Shown here: in pieces, positions 13,218 through 33,412 of the stretch | How the letters are laid out: each line of letters opens with the position of its first letter | Numbering within the stretch: the stretch's first letter is position 1 | From: Dictyostelium discoideum | Taxonomy: Eukaryota | Reading direction: 5' to 3' | Assembly (NCBI GenBank): GCA_000004695.1 | Contig: CM000151.3 | Location: 4,160,001 to 4,224,000, forward strand | DNA: 64,000 nucleotides | The notes under the pieces: generated by a model | Seen by the model: the letters and a program-made list of their open reading frames with translations, nothing else | Told to the model about the DNA's origin: nothing | Database searches by the model: none | Position numbers and translations under genes: made by a program

Positions 13218-13986
13218 TTTATTATTAAAAAGTAAAAAATAGGAAAAAGGAAAATAATAAAAAAAAAAAGAAAAAAAAAAAAATAAAGAATCCAAACTTG
13301 TTTTTTTTTTTTTTTTTGATTTATTAAAAAAAATTGGTATTGGCAAAAATGTGAGAGACTAATTAATATTTGAAAATTTTAAAAAAAAAAAAAAAAAAAT
13401 AAAAATAAAATAAAAATAAAAATAAAAACCCATCAAGGCGTTTATTGGACTAAAATTATTTGAAAATTTTTTTTTTTTAATTTTTTTTTTTTTTTTAAAA
13501 AAATTTTCAAAACATTTTTTAGAAAAAAAAAAATTCACATTTTTTTATTTTTATTTCATTTTTATTTATTTATTTATTTATTTTTATTTATTTATTTATT
13601 TATTTTTATTTTTCTTAAAAAAAGAAGATTTTCAATTTAAGGTAAGAAGAAAAAAAAAAAAAAAAAAAAAGAAAACAAGCAAAAAAAAAAAAAAAAAAAA
13701 AACAAGCAAAAAAAAAGAAAATAAATTAAAGAAAATAAAAAAAAAAAAAAAAAAGAAAATAAAAAAAAGAAACAAACAAACAAACAAACAGAAATAAAAA
13801 ATAATAAAAATAATAAAAATAAATAAAAAAATTAATCACAACTGATTTTACCCCCTCAATTCAAAAAATTGTTGTTTGGTGTGATAATACTATATATAAT
13901 GAATTTTTTGTATGTGCAAAAATAGAAAAAAAAAGAAAAAAAAAAAAAAAAGAAAAAAAAAGAAAAAAAAGGGAAAAAAAAAAAAC

Positions 13987-14005
13987 ACACACACACACAC
14001 ACAAA
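13987..14005. repeat. (CA)n dinucleotide microsatellite inside a poly-A-rich intergenic stretch
   Basis: The run cacacacacacacacaa is directly visible. Confidence 0.8.
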
Positions 14006-14380
14006 CCCACTTTGTGCATTTTTGATTTAATTTTCAAACAACCCAATTTTTTCAATTGGCTTTTATTTGGGAAAGTGTGTTTTTTTCCTTTTTTTTTTTT
14101 ATTTTTGGGTGTGTTATGTAAATAAAAATAGAAATATATTATTTTGAAAAAAAAAAAAAAAAAAAATTATTTTTATCATCATTAATTATTTTTATATTAT
14201 TATTTAAAAAAAAAAAACAAATTAATTTTTTTTTTTATTATTTTTTTTTTTTTATATTCTTCAATATTTTTTTTTTTACCTCCTATTACTTTTTTTCATA
14301 ATTATTTGTAATATTCATATTAATAAATAAATTTAAATTTTTTATTTTTTTTAAATTTTTTCACAATAATAAAAAAAAAA

Positions 14381-16090
14381 ATGGCAACAAAAGGATTAAA
14401 TATGGATGATTTAGATCTTTTATTAGCAGATTTGGGAAGACCAAAGAGTTCAATAAAAGTAACAGCAACTGTTCAAACAACCGCTACACCATCAAGTGGT
14501 AAAAATTTTGATAATAGTGATATTCAAAATGAAATTCAATCAATTATTGAAGAATTGGACCAACAACCACAAACCGTTCAAACCATTAGTACACCAGCAC
14601 CAAAAAATCATAATACAACCACCACAACTGCAAGTTTCTCAGTTTCATCACAACCAGCACCACAACCACCACAACAATCACAACAAATTGATGGTTTGGA
14701 TGATTTGGATGAATTGATGGAATCATTGAATACATCAATCTCAACTGCACTCAAAGCAGTACCAACCACACCAGAAGAACATATTACACATGCCAATTCA
14801 AATTCACCACCACCATCATTACATAAGAATACATCTTCAACCAATTCTGCATCTTCATTATCACGCCCAAATAATAATCCAAGTGTTGTTTCAACACCAC
14901 AACCAGGAAAAGTTACATCAACTGCAACCATTACCACTAAAAAACAACCAGCACTTTCAAAAGCAACTTTGGAAACAACTAGTGGTAATAATGTATATAG
15001 TTCACAACCATCACAATCACAACCACAACCATATAAAGTTACAGCAACTAATTCACAACCAAGTAGTGATGACCTTGATGAATTATTAAAAGGTCTTAGT
15101 CCATCCACCACTACTACCACTACTGTACCACCACCAGTTCAACGTGATCAACATCAACATCATCATCAACATCAACATCATCATCATCATAATCCAAATC
15201 ATAATCAAACTCAAACTGTAACAACACAAATTAATATTGGTAGAACAAATACTCCAAACAATAACAATAACAATAATACAAATTCACCAAAAGTTGTACA
15301 TGGTGATGATTTAGATAATTTATTAAATAATTTAACATCACAAGTTAAAGATATTGATTCAACAGGACCAACATCACGTGGTACATGTGGTGGTTGTCGT
15401 AAACCAATCTTTGGTGAAACTATTCAAGCAATGGGTAAATTCTATCATCCAGAACATTTCTGTTGTCATAATTGTCAAAATCCATTGGGTACTAAAAACT
15501 ATTATGAACAAGAATCATTACCACATTGTGAAAAATGTTATCAAGAATTGTTTTGTGCACGTTGCGCTCATTGTGATGAACCAATCTCTGATCGTTGTAT
15601 CACTGCTTTGGGTAAGAAATGGCATGTACACCACTTTGTTTGCACTCAATGTTTGAAACCATTTGAAGGTGGTAATTTTTTCGAACGTGATGGTCGTCCA
15701 TATTGTGAGGCCGATTTCTATTCAACATTTGCCGTTCGTTGTGGTGGTTGCAATTCTCCAATTCGTGGTGAATGTATCAATGCTTTGGGTACTCAATGGC
15801 ATCCAGAACATTTTGTTTGCCAATATTGTCAAAAGAGTTTCACAAATGGTCAATTCTTTGAATTTGGTGGTAAACCATATTGTGATGTCCATTATCATCA
15901 ACAAGCTGGCTCAGTTTGTTCTGGCTGTGGAAAAGCTGTCTCTGGTCGTTGTGTAGATGCTCTTGATAAAAAATGGCATCCAGAACATTTTGTTTGCGCT
16001 TTCTGTATGAATCCATTAGCTGGTGGTTCTTATACCGCTAATAATGGTAAACCATATTGTAAAGGTTGTCATAATAAATTATTTGCTTAA
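14381..16090 (+). CDS. paxB: Paxillin homolog of 569 aa, a single exon, with N-terminal LD motifs and four C-terminal LIM domains
   Basis: LD motifs are present: 'MDDLDLLLADL', 'LDDLDELMESL', 'DDLDELLKGL', 'DDLDNLLNNL'. Four tandem LIM domains have the spacing CGGCRKPI...HPEHFCCHNCQNPL...CEKCY / CAHCDEPI...WHVHHFVCTQC...YCEADF / CGGCNSPI...WHPEHFVCQYC...YCDVHY / CSGCGKAV...WHPEHFVCAFC...YCKGCH. The length and features match Dictyostelium PaxB. Confidence 0.95.
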   Translation: MATKGLNMDDLDLLLADLGRPKSSIKVTATVQTTATPSSGKNFDNSDIQNEIQSIIEELDQQPQTVQTISTPAPKNHNTTTTTASFSVSSQPAPQPPQQSQQIDGLDDLDELMESLNTSISTALKAVPTTPEEHITHANSNSPPPSLHKNTSSTNSASSLSRPNNNPSVVSTPQPGKVTSTATITTKKQPALSKATLETTSGNNVYSSQPSQSQPQPYKVTATNSQPSSDDLDELLKGLSPSTTTTTTVPPPVQRDQHQHHHQHQHHHHHNPNHNQTQTVTTQINIGRTNTPNNNNNNNTNSPKVVHGDDLDNLLNNLTSQVKDIDSTGPTSRGTCGGCRKPIFGETIQAMGKFYHPEHFCCHNCQNPLGTKNYYEQESLPHCEKCYQELFCARCAHCDEPISDRCITALGKKWHVHHFVCTQCLKPFEGGNFFERDGRPYCEADFYSTFAVRCGGCNSPIRGECINALGTQWHPEHFVCQYCQKSFTNGQFFEFGGKPYCDVHYHQQAGSVCSGCGKAVSGRCVDALDKKWHPEHFVCAFCMNPLAGGSYTANNGKPYCKGCHNKLFA

Positions 16091-16798
16091 AATAAAATAA
16101 AATAAAAAAAAATAAAAAAAAAATCAACAATAAATGGTAATTCCCTCAAAAATAAATATATATATAAATAAATTAAATGTATCAAATAAAATTAATAAAT
16201 AAAAAATTTTGAAAAAAAAAAAAAAAATTTGTTATAATTAAAAAATATTAAAAATTAATATTTAAAAATAAATATTTTTAATATGAAAAGAATTTTTAAG
16301 AATAAATAAATCTTGGAAGGTATGGATTTATTTTCTGGAAAAAATTGATATTTTTATTTCCTTTTTAATTTTTATTTTTTATTTTTTATTTTTTTTTAAT
16401 TTTTTTTTGTTTTTTTTTTTTTTTTTAAGAATTTGTTGGTGGTATATTAAAAAAAAAAAAAAAAAAAGGGAAATAGTATCTAAAAGTAAATCCTTCACTT
16501 ATATATGTAAAATTTTGTTATTACCACAATTATGGGCATTTTTTTTATTTTTTTATTTTTTTAAAATTTAATTATAACAATAATAATGCTTGTTAACTTT
16601 TGTAAATTTTTTGAAAAAAAAAAAAATAATATAAAAAATAAAAAAAAAATTGAAAAAAAAAAAAATAAAATAAAATAAAATAAAAAATTTTAAAACATAT
16701 TAGTTTAAATAATTATTTATTTATAAATATATTAATTTTTAATAATAAATTTAATTATAACATTTTTCTATAATAAAAATAATAAAAATAATTAATAA

Positions 16799-16829
<31 letters not shown>

Positions 16830-16865
16830 TAAAAAAGTCACAACTAAAAAAATTTTGCGAAATTG

Positions 16866-16896
<31 letters not shown>

Positions 16897-17567
16897 GGTA
16901 TTTTATTTTTATGCACACATATACGTTTAGATGAAAGATCTTATATTATAATAACAGGGAACTTTTCATATATAATCATATTCTCAAATACACACACACT
17001 CTCTCTCTCTCATTCACATAAATCCTTTTTCTATACACTATTTGGGATATAGGAAAATAAAAAAAATATTTCTTTTTTTTTAAATTAAAAAGATTAATTA
17101 AGAAAAACTTCAGATTAGAATAAAACACACACACCCAAATAATTTTTCTCTCTCTCTTTTTTTTTTTTTTTTTTTTAATTTTTTTTTTTTTAATTTTTTT
17201 TTTTTAAAACACACAAATATAATTCACAATAATTACGGATTGTGGTGTATGTACAAGTAATATATACATCAATAGTCAAGTTTAAACTAATCAATCAAAA
17301 AACAACTCAAATAATAGGATTTACCTTAGATTATTCAATTCTTTAACCCTTTAAAATTTTATTCAATTGTAAATAAATATAAAAAAGACAACATAAAAAA
17401 AGAAAAACAAAAACAAAAACAAAAAAAATACAAAAAAAAAAGCAAAAAAAAAAAAAAGTTAATAAAAAAAAGCAAAAAAAAAAGTACAAAACTACCAAAC
17501 CAATATCAGTAACAGGTACAATAAATAACAAAATATATAATCTCAAACAGTTTCATACAAATATATA

Positions 17568-23459
<5,892 letters not shown>

Positions 23460-23467
<8 letters not shown>

Positions 23468-23472
23468 TAATA

Positions 23473-23541
<69 letters not shown>

Positions 23542-23622
23542 TAATAATAATAATAATAAATAATAATAATAAATAATAATAATAATAATAATAATAAATA
23601 ATAATAATAATAAAAACACCAT
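23460..23622. repeat. (TAA)n/(ATA)n microsatellite immediately 3' of the stop codon of the preceding gene
   Basis: The run taataataataa... is directly visible. Confidence 0.9.
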
Positions 23623-24447
23623 CATAATATTGATATCAATATTGGTGGATATTGTACATACTAAAAAAAAAATATATATTTATTTGCTAAATATAAACTA
23701 TCTTTATTTTTATTTAAAATTTTATATTTTTTATATGATTATTAAAATAATATAAATTGTGGTGATTAATTATTAATTTTAAAGATTGCATTTGATAAAG
23801 TTTTTTTAATTTTTTTAATAATTTATTACTTCTATATATGTATATATACTTTCAAAATTTTTCTTTTGATCTAGTGTTAGTATGGTAATATTGTTTTTAT
23901 GTGTTTTATTGAATTGATGAATATTAATTTCTCAAATATGTTTTAATAATTTCAAATTAATTGGTTTTTATTTAAATAATTGAGGACCCTCAAAAACTAA
24001 TAAATCATAACTATTATTAATAATTTTTTGAAAATATGAATTCAATAAAATTTTAATCTTCATTTGTTTTTTTTTTTTTTTTTTTTTTTTTTTTCTAAAA
24101 ATAGAAAAAAAAAATCTGAAAAAAAAAAAAAATCAAAAAATCAAAAATAATAAAAATGTTAAATTTTGTCATTTACAGGAAAGAGAAAGAAATTTCAAGA
24201 CTGTTTCAATGTTTGATTGTGTTTATGTTTTTCAAATAAAACATTTGATAGGGGTGGGAAAAAAAAAAAAAAAAAAAAAATGAAAAAAAAAAAAATGAAA
24301 AAAAAAAAAAATTAAAAATAAATAATAAATTTTGACCCACAAATTATTTGTAAATAATTAAACCAATACTGTTTTTTTTTTTTTTTTTAATAAAAGTTAT
24401 ATTTTTATTTAATTTTTTTTTTTTTATTTCTTTGTCCTCCTCTTTGA

Positions 24448-24486
<39 letters not shown>

Positions 24487-24903
24487 CATCAATAGAATCA
24501 TCTTCTTCGTTATCTAAAAAAATAGAAAAAATCAACTTTAATAAATATTATATTATTTACATACAAACATACATACCTTTCATAATTTTAAATATAATAT
24601 ACAAAAATATATAAATAAACACATTTAAAATAAAATTTCCACTTATTATTATTATTAAGTGGACTAGTTTTAGCGATTTTGGATGAAATTTATTTTTTTT
24701 TTATTTTTTTTTTAATTTAATTTTCAAAAAAAAAATTTTAAAATAAAAAAAAAAAAGAAAAAAAAAAAGATAGTTTGTATTTTTTTTTACACATATTTAA
24801 AAGAAAAGAAAAAAAAAGAAAAAAAAAAAAATCTTTTTTTTTATTTGTTTTTTTTAAAAAAAAAAATAAAAATAAAAAGTATAAAAAAAATAAAAAAGAA
24901 AAA

Positions 24904-24945
24904 ATGGATAATCATCATAGTAATTTAAACCACAATAACAATAAC

Positions 24946-24987
<42 letters not shown>

Positions 24988-25660
24988 TTACAAAGAATTA
25001 CAAAATCATATTCATTAAGTGTAAATATTTTATACAATTTTTTGAAATTAAACAAATAATATTAAAAAGTAAAAGATTTAATGTTAATTAAATATTATTT
25101 TTTATAAAAATTTTAGAATGAAGATTTAACACCAAATTCAAAGCCACAACAACAACTACAACAACAACAACCGATTTATTATTCACCTCCATATTCTAAT
25201 AGAGTGATACCAATTGAAAATAGAATCAGTGAAGAAGATAATAATAATAATAATTTTCATTATTTCAATCCAATACCTATTCATCATAACCAACAACAAC
25301 AACAGCAACATAAACAGCAGTTAATGACCAGATCAATATCACCTGGAATACTTAATAATAATAATAATGTTTTATCATCTTCACCAACTTCGACACAGTA
25401 TAATGTATCCTCACCTTTATCAATAAATAATGGTAATAATAAAAAATCAACATCAAAAACATCATTACATAAAAGATCAAATTCACATGGATTACCACCA
25501 AAATCAATATTTCATCATTCGCCTCCTAATAATATTCAAAGTGTATCTTATTTATCACCTTTAATATATACTCAACAACATCAACAACAATTTAGTATTA
25601 GATCAACACCTCATTCTCCAAATATTCTTTCTCCTCCAATTATACCATCACAACATTTAC

Positions 25661-25715
<55 letters not shown>

Positions 25716-26490
25716 CTCAACTACCACTACTACCACTACCACTACCAATAGTAATAACAATAACAATAACAACAATAATAATATTATCACATCCCAACAA
25801 TTACCACCACAAAGCATTTCTTCAATTGTAACTCCAACAACCTCATCACCAATAATAAAGAAAAGAATAGCTAGAAACATTTCTCATACACTTGATGGTA
25901 GTACTATTTTCAATGGTGGTTCTTTTCCCCCAATTCAATCTTCACCATTACATCATGACTCTCCTCCAATTTCACCAAGATTATCAATAAACAATAGTGG
26001 TAATAATAATGATAATAATGACATCAATCATAGAAGGGCTGTATCATGGGAACCACCACTTCAAGGAAAATCGTTAGAAACCTTAAATCAAATTATTAAA
26101 GAGAAAAAAGAGGCACTCATTCAAAGAGAAAAAGAATTAATGCAAAAACAAAAACAATTGGAACAAGAATTCATTCAAAGAAGGGAGAATTTAACATCTT
26201 CTCCACCTATTAATATTCAATCACCATCACAACCACAACAACAATCAATACCCATACCAATTCATTCATCACCAATTCAACAACAACAGCATAGTTACCC
26301 ATTATCACCAAATAATAATAATAACACAGGTTCCTTTATAATCAGTCCTTCATTGAGTTCATGTTCATTACAATCGCAACAACAACAACCACAGCAGCAA
26401 CAACCTCGACCAATTTTAAAACATAATAGATCGAAATCTGATACAAATACAGTTATTAAACTACAACAATTACAACTACAGCAGCAACAA

Positions 26491-26531
<41 letters not shown>

Positions 26532-27443
26532 ACAACAACAACAACAGCAGCAGCAGCAGCAACAGCAACAACAACAACAATTACCAAAAAAGATTTATCC
26601 ACACTCTGTTGTTTTTTCATCGAATGGAAATGTTGGTTATAGTCAAACTCCACCAATTTCATCACAATCAAGTAGTGCAATCTTTTCACCAACATTATCT
26701 CATTCAACATCAAAATATCATCATGAAAAATCAAAATCTGCACAATTTTCTTCACCAAAAATTAACTCTATACTTTTAACTCAAATTTTGCAACAACATC
26801 AATTACAACAACTACAGCAACAACAGCAACAGCAACAACAACAACAAATTTCAACAGTTTCAGGTGTACCAATACCTTTGCCAATTTCAAGTTCAAATAA
26901 TAATAATAATAACAATAACAATGTTAAAGTACCAAGAAGAAAGTCAATTGACCCTCTCACCTATATATCATTAAACTCTCACCTTCAACCAATTTCCAGT
27001 AATAATAACAACAACAATAATAATAATAATATAAATAAATCATTTAAAAATCCTGTTACAGTTCAATTTTTAAATTCACTTCAAGCAATGAATATAGATG
27101 AGTTTGAAGAGGAATTGGATAAAGAAATTCAACAAGTCATTTTACAAACTAAAAATATTCAAGGTAAAATGGAATTATTAGAAAGAGTAAGAGTAAGTAT
27201 TCTTTTTTTTATAACAAATAGATATCAATTTTTTAAATATTAATTTTTTTTTATTTTTTTTTCCAAAAAAAAAAAAAAAAAGTGTGCTGCACCAGATCCA
27301 TTATTAATGTTATTTGGAGAGAATTGTAAAAATGTAATTGATAAAAAATATAATCATTCTCAGAATAATAGTGGTGTTAATAGTACAAATAATAATGTAT
27401 CATCAACTATGGTTATTCAATCACCACTTTTATCTCAAGTTTC

Positions 27444-27487
<44 letters not shown>

Positions 27488-27544
27488 ATAATAACAATAG
27501 TAGTAATAACAATAATAATATTAATAATAATAACAATAGTAACA

Positions 27545-27627
<83 letters not shown>

Positions 27628-27897
27628 TCATCTGTAATCTTATCAATACCACCTTTACCAATATCACAACAAAAATCTCCATCAATTTTATCTCCATCAC
27701 TTTTATCGCCAACTCTTCAAAATTATCATCCAACATTTCAAGATACCAGACCTCATGGTATTCCAACAAAAACATCAAGAAAGAAACCAACAAATATTAA
27801 TTCTAGATGTCCTGACAAAACGAAAAGTAAGAATTTAAATCCTTCTCTTGTTCCACGTGCTTCTGCATTTAGTCCTCCTCCACGTCCAGTTAGTTAG
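24904..27897 (+). CDS. Gln/Asn-rich low-complexity protein with a central coiled-coil segment and unknown function, about 925 aa. It has three exons: join(24904..25020, 25117..27186, 27283..27897).
   Basis: Exon 1 (MDNHHSNLNHNNN...QRITKSYSLS) ends at a GTAAAT donor. An acceptor at 25115-16 keeps the frame into ORF 25204..27243. A GTAAGA donor at 27187 (or GTAAGT at 27193) ends that ORF's exon. An acceptor at 27281-82 is in frame with ORF 27307..27897, and the stop is TAG at 27895. The coiled-coil-like stretch reads 'LNQIIKEKKEALIQREKELMQKQKQLEQEFIQRREN'. There are long CAA/CAG (polyQ) and AAT (polyN) tracts. Confidence 0.6.
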
Positions 27898-28016
27898 GGT
27901 ATCTATCTTTTTTTTTTTTTTTTTTTTTTTGGTGGTGAATCATTAATATTTTTTCCAGTCTGAATCATATGTAATGATTACAGATTACTTGCTTGTAAAT
28001 AATTTAATTATCCCTT

Positions 28017-28054
<38 letters not shown>

Positions 28055-28719
28055 AATAATAATAAATTAATAATAAATAATAAAAAAGTTATAAAATTCA
28101 AATAAAAATCTAAAATTTTATTTATTTTATTTGTATTCTTTTTTTTAAAGGTCTCAATTCAAAAAATAATAATTAATTAGTTAATTTTGTAGTGTTTGAA
28201 AAAAAAAAAAAAAAAAACCTTTTCACAAAATATTTTTTTGTTTTATTTTATTTTTAAATTTTTTAAAATTCCAAATATGGTGATTCACAATTTATTATTT
28301 TACTCAATGAGATTATTTAACCCACAAAAGGAAAAAAAAAAATAATAAAAAAAACAATTATTATTTATTTATAAATAAAAAAATTATAATTTTTATTATT
28401 AAACCAAAAATAAATAAATAAATAAATAAATAAATAAAAAATAAATAAATAAATAATATAAGAAATGGATAAAATAGAGCTAAAAGATACAAAACGAAAA
28501 TAAAAAATTCATTGAGCCCCAATCAAAATTACTTAGAGATCAGATTTATTATTTTATCAATAATAAAAAAACCAAATATTATTTCTATGAAATTATTTAA
28601 AACAATATTAATGGAAATCAAAACGGAAGAAGATATTAGAAAATTTAAAAAAGTAAAAAAAGAAATAATTTCTTACAAAAAAGAAATAATTTCTTATAAA
28701 AAAATAACTCCATATAAAA

Positions 28720-28761
<42 letters not shown>

Positions 28762-29030
28762 CTGATAAAACGAAAAGTAAGAATTTAAACCCTTCTTTTC
28801 TCCCCCATGCTTTTGCATTTAGTCCTCCACGTCCAGATAGTTAGGGTATCAATCTTTTTTTTTTTTTTTTGGTGATTACTTGTAAATAATAAAAAAAATT
28901 AATAAAAAAGTTAAAAAAATTCAAATAAAATCAAAATTTTTTTTTTTTATTTGTATTCTTCTTTTTAAAGGTCTCAATTCAAATAGATAATAATAATAAA
29001 TTAGTTAATTTTGTAGTTTTTGATAATAAA
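28762..29030 (+). pseudogene. Decayed partial duplicate of the last roughly 85 coding bp plus the 3' flank of the gene ending at 27897. The source segment is 27811-28200.
   Basis: Copy 2 reads 'CTGATAAAACGAAAAGTAAGAATTTAAACCCTTCTTTTCTCCCCCATGCTTTTGCATTTAGTCCTCCACGTCCAGATAGTTAGGGTATC' and then 'AAAAAAGTTAAAAAAATTCAAATAAAATCAAAATTTT...TATTTGTATTCTTCTTTTTAAAGGTCTCAATTCAAATAGATAATAATAATAAATTAGTTAATTTTGTAGTTTTTGA'. Copy 1 reads 'CCTGACAAAACGAAAAGTAAGAATTTAAATCCTTCTCTTGTTCCACGTGCTTCTGCATTTAGTCCTCCTCCACGTCCAGTTAGTTAGGGTATC' and then 'AAAAAAGTTATAAAATTCAAATAAAAATCTAAAATTTTATTTATTTTATTTGTATTCTTTTTTTTAAAGGTCTCAATTCAAAAAATAATAATTAATTAGTTAATTTTGTAGTGTTTGA'. Both copies are preceded by an (AAT)n tract. 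Copy 2 carries frame-destroying indels. Confidence 0.75.
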
Positions 29031-29309
29031 AAAAAAAAAAAAAAAAAAAAATACTGACACTACAAAAGTTGTATTCTGAAAGAAAGCACACCAAAAAAAA
29101 AAAAATTAAAATAAAATAAAATTAATAATAAATTAAAATAAAACAAATAAAAAGAAATTAAAAATTCATCACAGTAAAAAAAAAAAAAATTAAAACAATA
29201 AAAAAATGGTATTTTAAAATATAAAATAAAAATAACTATTGATAATAAAGCTAACAAATAAACTTATTTAAAAAAAAAACAAAAAAAAAAAAAAAAGAAT
29301 AAATTTAGG

Positions 29310-29483
29310 GCATTAGTTTTAATTATTATAATTATTTTTTATAGTAACTCGGTATTATCTGAACATAAATATAATCAATGTTATATGGATTGTTTAGAAA
29401 ATGCTGGTTGTTCTCAAAATATGAAAAAAAGTGATATCTGTAATATTTTAACTCACGAATGTAATCTCAATTGCGATAACTAA
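29310..29483 (+). CDS. Candidate small secreted 6-Cys peptide and paralog of the gene at 29825-30109. The 5' end and initiator are unresolved.
   Basis: The in-frame translation is ALVLIIIIIFYSNSVLSEHKYNQCYMDCLENAGCSQNMKKSDICNILTHECNLNCDN* with stop TAA at 29481-83. The Cys spacing C-x3-C-x5-C-x8-C-x6-C-x3-C mirrors the downstream paralog. An ATG followed by GTATTT at 29207-11 would fit the Dictyostelium 'ATG-intron' pattern. The only nearby acceptor, at 29307-08, gives the wrong phase, so exon 1 cannot be fixed. Confidence 0.35.
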   Translation, partial: ALVLIIIIIFYSNSVLSEHKYNQCYMDCLENAGCSQNMKKSDICNILTHECNLNCDN

Positions 29484-29719
29484 AACAAATAAAAATAAAC
29501 ACCCTTTTTACAATATTGAATTATTTTGTTTTTATTGTATTTTAATTAATTTTTTTTATTATTTTTTTTTTTTTTATTTGGTGGTAAATTATATAATTTA
29601 CATTTTTTTAGATTGGCAATGATAATTAATTGTTAAACATAATAATTTATTATAATTTTATTTTCAAATAATGGTTTATTAATTATTTTATACTTTTTTT
29701 TTTTTATTATTGATTTTTT

Positions 29720-29756
<37 letters not shown>

Positions 29757-29824
29757 AAAAAAAGAAGTATAAAAAAGAGGAAAAAGAATAAAAATTAAAT
29801 TTAGTAAAAATTAAAAAATTCAAA

Positions 29825-30109
29825 ATGGTAAGAATTTTCCTTTTTTTTTTTTTTTAATACTAATTAGTGTTTTTATTAATTTTTAATTATTAGAATTATA
29901 AATTATTATTAGTTGCAATTATTGCATTTTTAGCATTAATGTCATCAAATCAAATTTGTATGGCAGATGTTGAAAGTGATCACAAAGAATGTATCAAAAA
30001 ATGTTTGAAAGATAATGGTTGTTCAGATGATGATGGCAAAGAAATCGATAAAAAAGAATGTATTAAATATACTTTCAAATGCCCAAAAGATTGTTTAATT
30101 AAAGATTAA
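29825..30109 (+). CDS. Small secreted cysteine-rich peptide of 72 aa with an N-terminal signal peptide and a 6-Cys mature domain. It has two exons: join(29825..29827, 29894..30109).
   Basis: The ATG is followed immediately by a GTAAGA donor. The acceptor TTATTAG lies at 29892-93. The exon 2 phase was checked, 216 nt to TAA at 30107-09. The protein reads M|NYKLLLVAIIAFLALMSSNQICMADVESDHKECIKKCLKDNGCSDDDGKEIDKKECIKYTFKCPKDCLIKD. The spacing is C-x3-C-x5-C-x12-C-x7-C-x3-C. Confidence 0.5.
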
Positions 30110-30322
30110 AATAAAAATCATTTAATTAGTACTTGTAAAACTTTTTTTTTTTTTTTTTTTTTTTTCAAAATATTAAAAATAGATCAATTTTTTTTTAATT
30201 TTTCAAAAAAAAATATCTTTGCCATTTTTTCCCTTTTTTTTCCGGCCTTTTTTTCAATTTTTATTTTTTTTTCACAAAAATGTAAATTTTTTTTTTTTAT
30301 TTATTTATTTAAGAAACAACAA

Positions 30323-32629
<2,307 letters not shown>

Positions 32630-32794
32630 TATTAATAATTGATATTAAAGATAGAAATGATTTAGAAACAAAAAATTTCCTTTTAAATTTTTATTCAAAT
32701 AATCAAAGTGTTTTTGATTATTTGTGTAAGAATTTAATTTAAAAAAAAAAAAAAAAAAAAAGTATAAAGGATTGGTTGGAATTTAATTCAAAAA

Positions 32795-32982
<188 letters not shown>

Positions 32983-33412
32983 ATAATTAAAAAAACAATA
33001 AAAAATAAATAAATAATAATAATTATATAATTTTTTATTTTAAACCAATTAATTATTTTTTTATTTTTATCGTTTATTGATTTAATAAATTTAGAGAATG
33101 TGTTTAAAAAGATATACTTTATGATATTATTTTTAAAAAAAACTTGTTTCTGTGATAATTGATAAAATAAAAGAAATAAATTTTTTTTTATTATTATTAT
33201 TCATTTCAAGAATACATTAAAAAAAATAAAATAAAATATAAACTAAAGAATATATGCGCTAATTTAAAATTCTAAAATGGTTTATTATTTTTATATTTTT
33301 CTTTATTATTTTTAAAAACTAATTTAGTTTGATTATTTTTAATAGTATATTTAGTTTGAACCTGAACCTAAAAAAAAAATAAAAAAAAAAAAAATAAAAA
33401 TAAAAATAAATG

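Noticed and set aside
28512-28724. 70-aa Lys/Ile-rich ORF containing a 24-bp tandem duplication (KKEIISY x2)
   Set aside because: It is an AT-rich intergenic translation adjacent to the duplicated gene fragment. It is low-complexity with no signal or domain and is likely non-coding.
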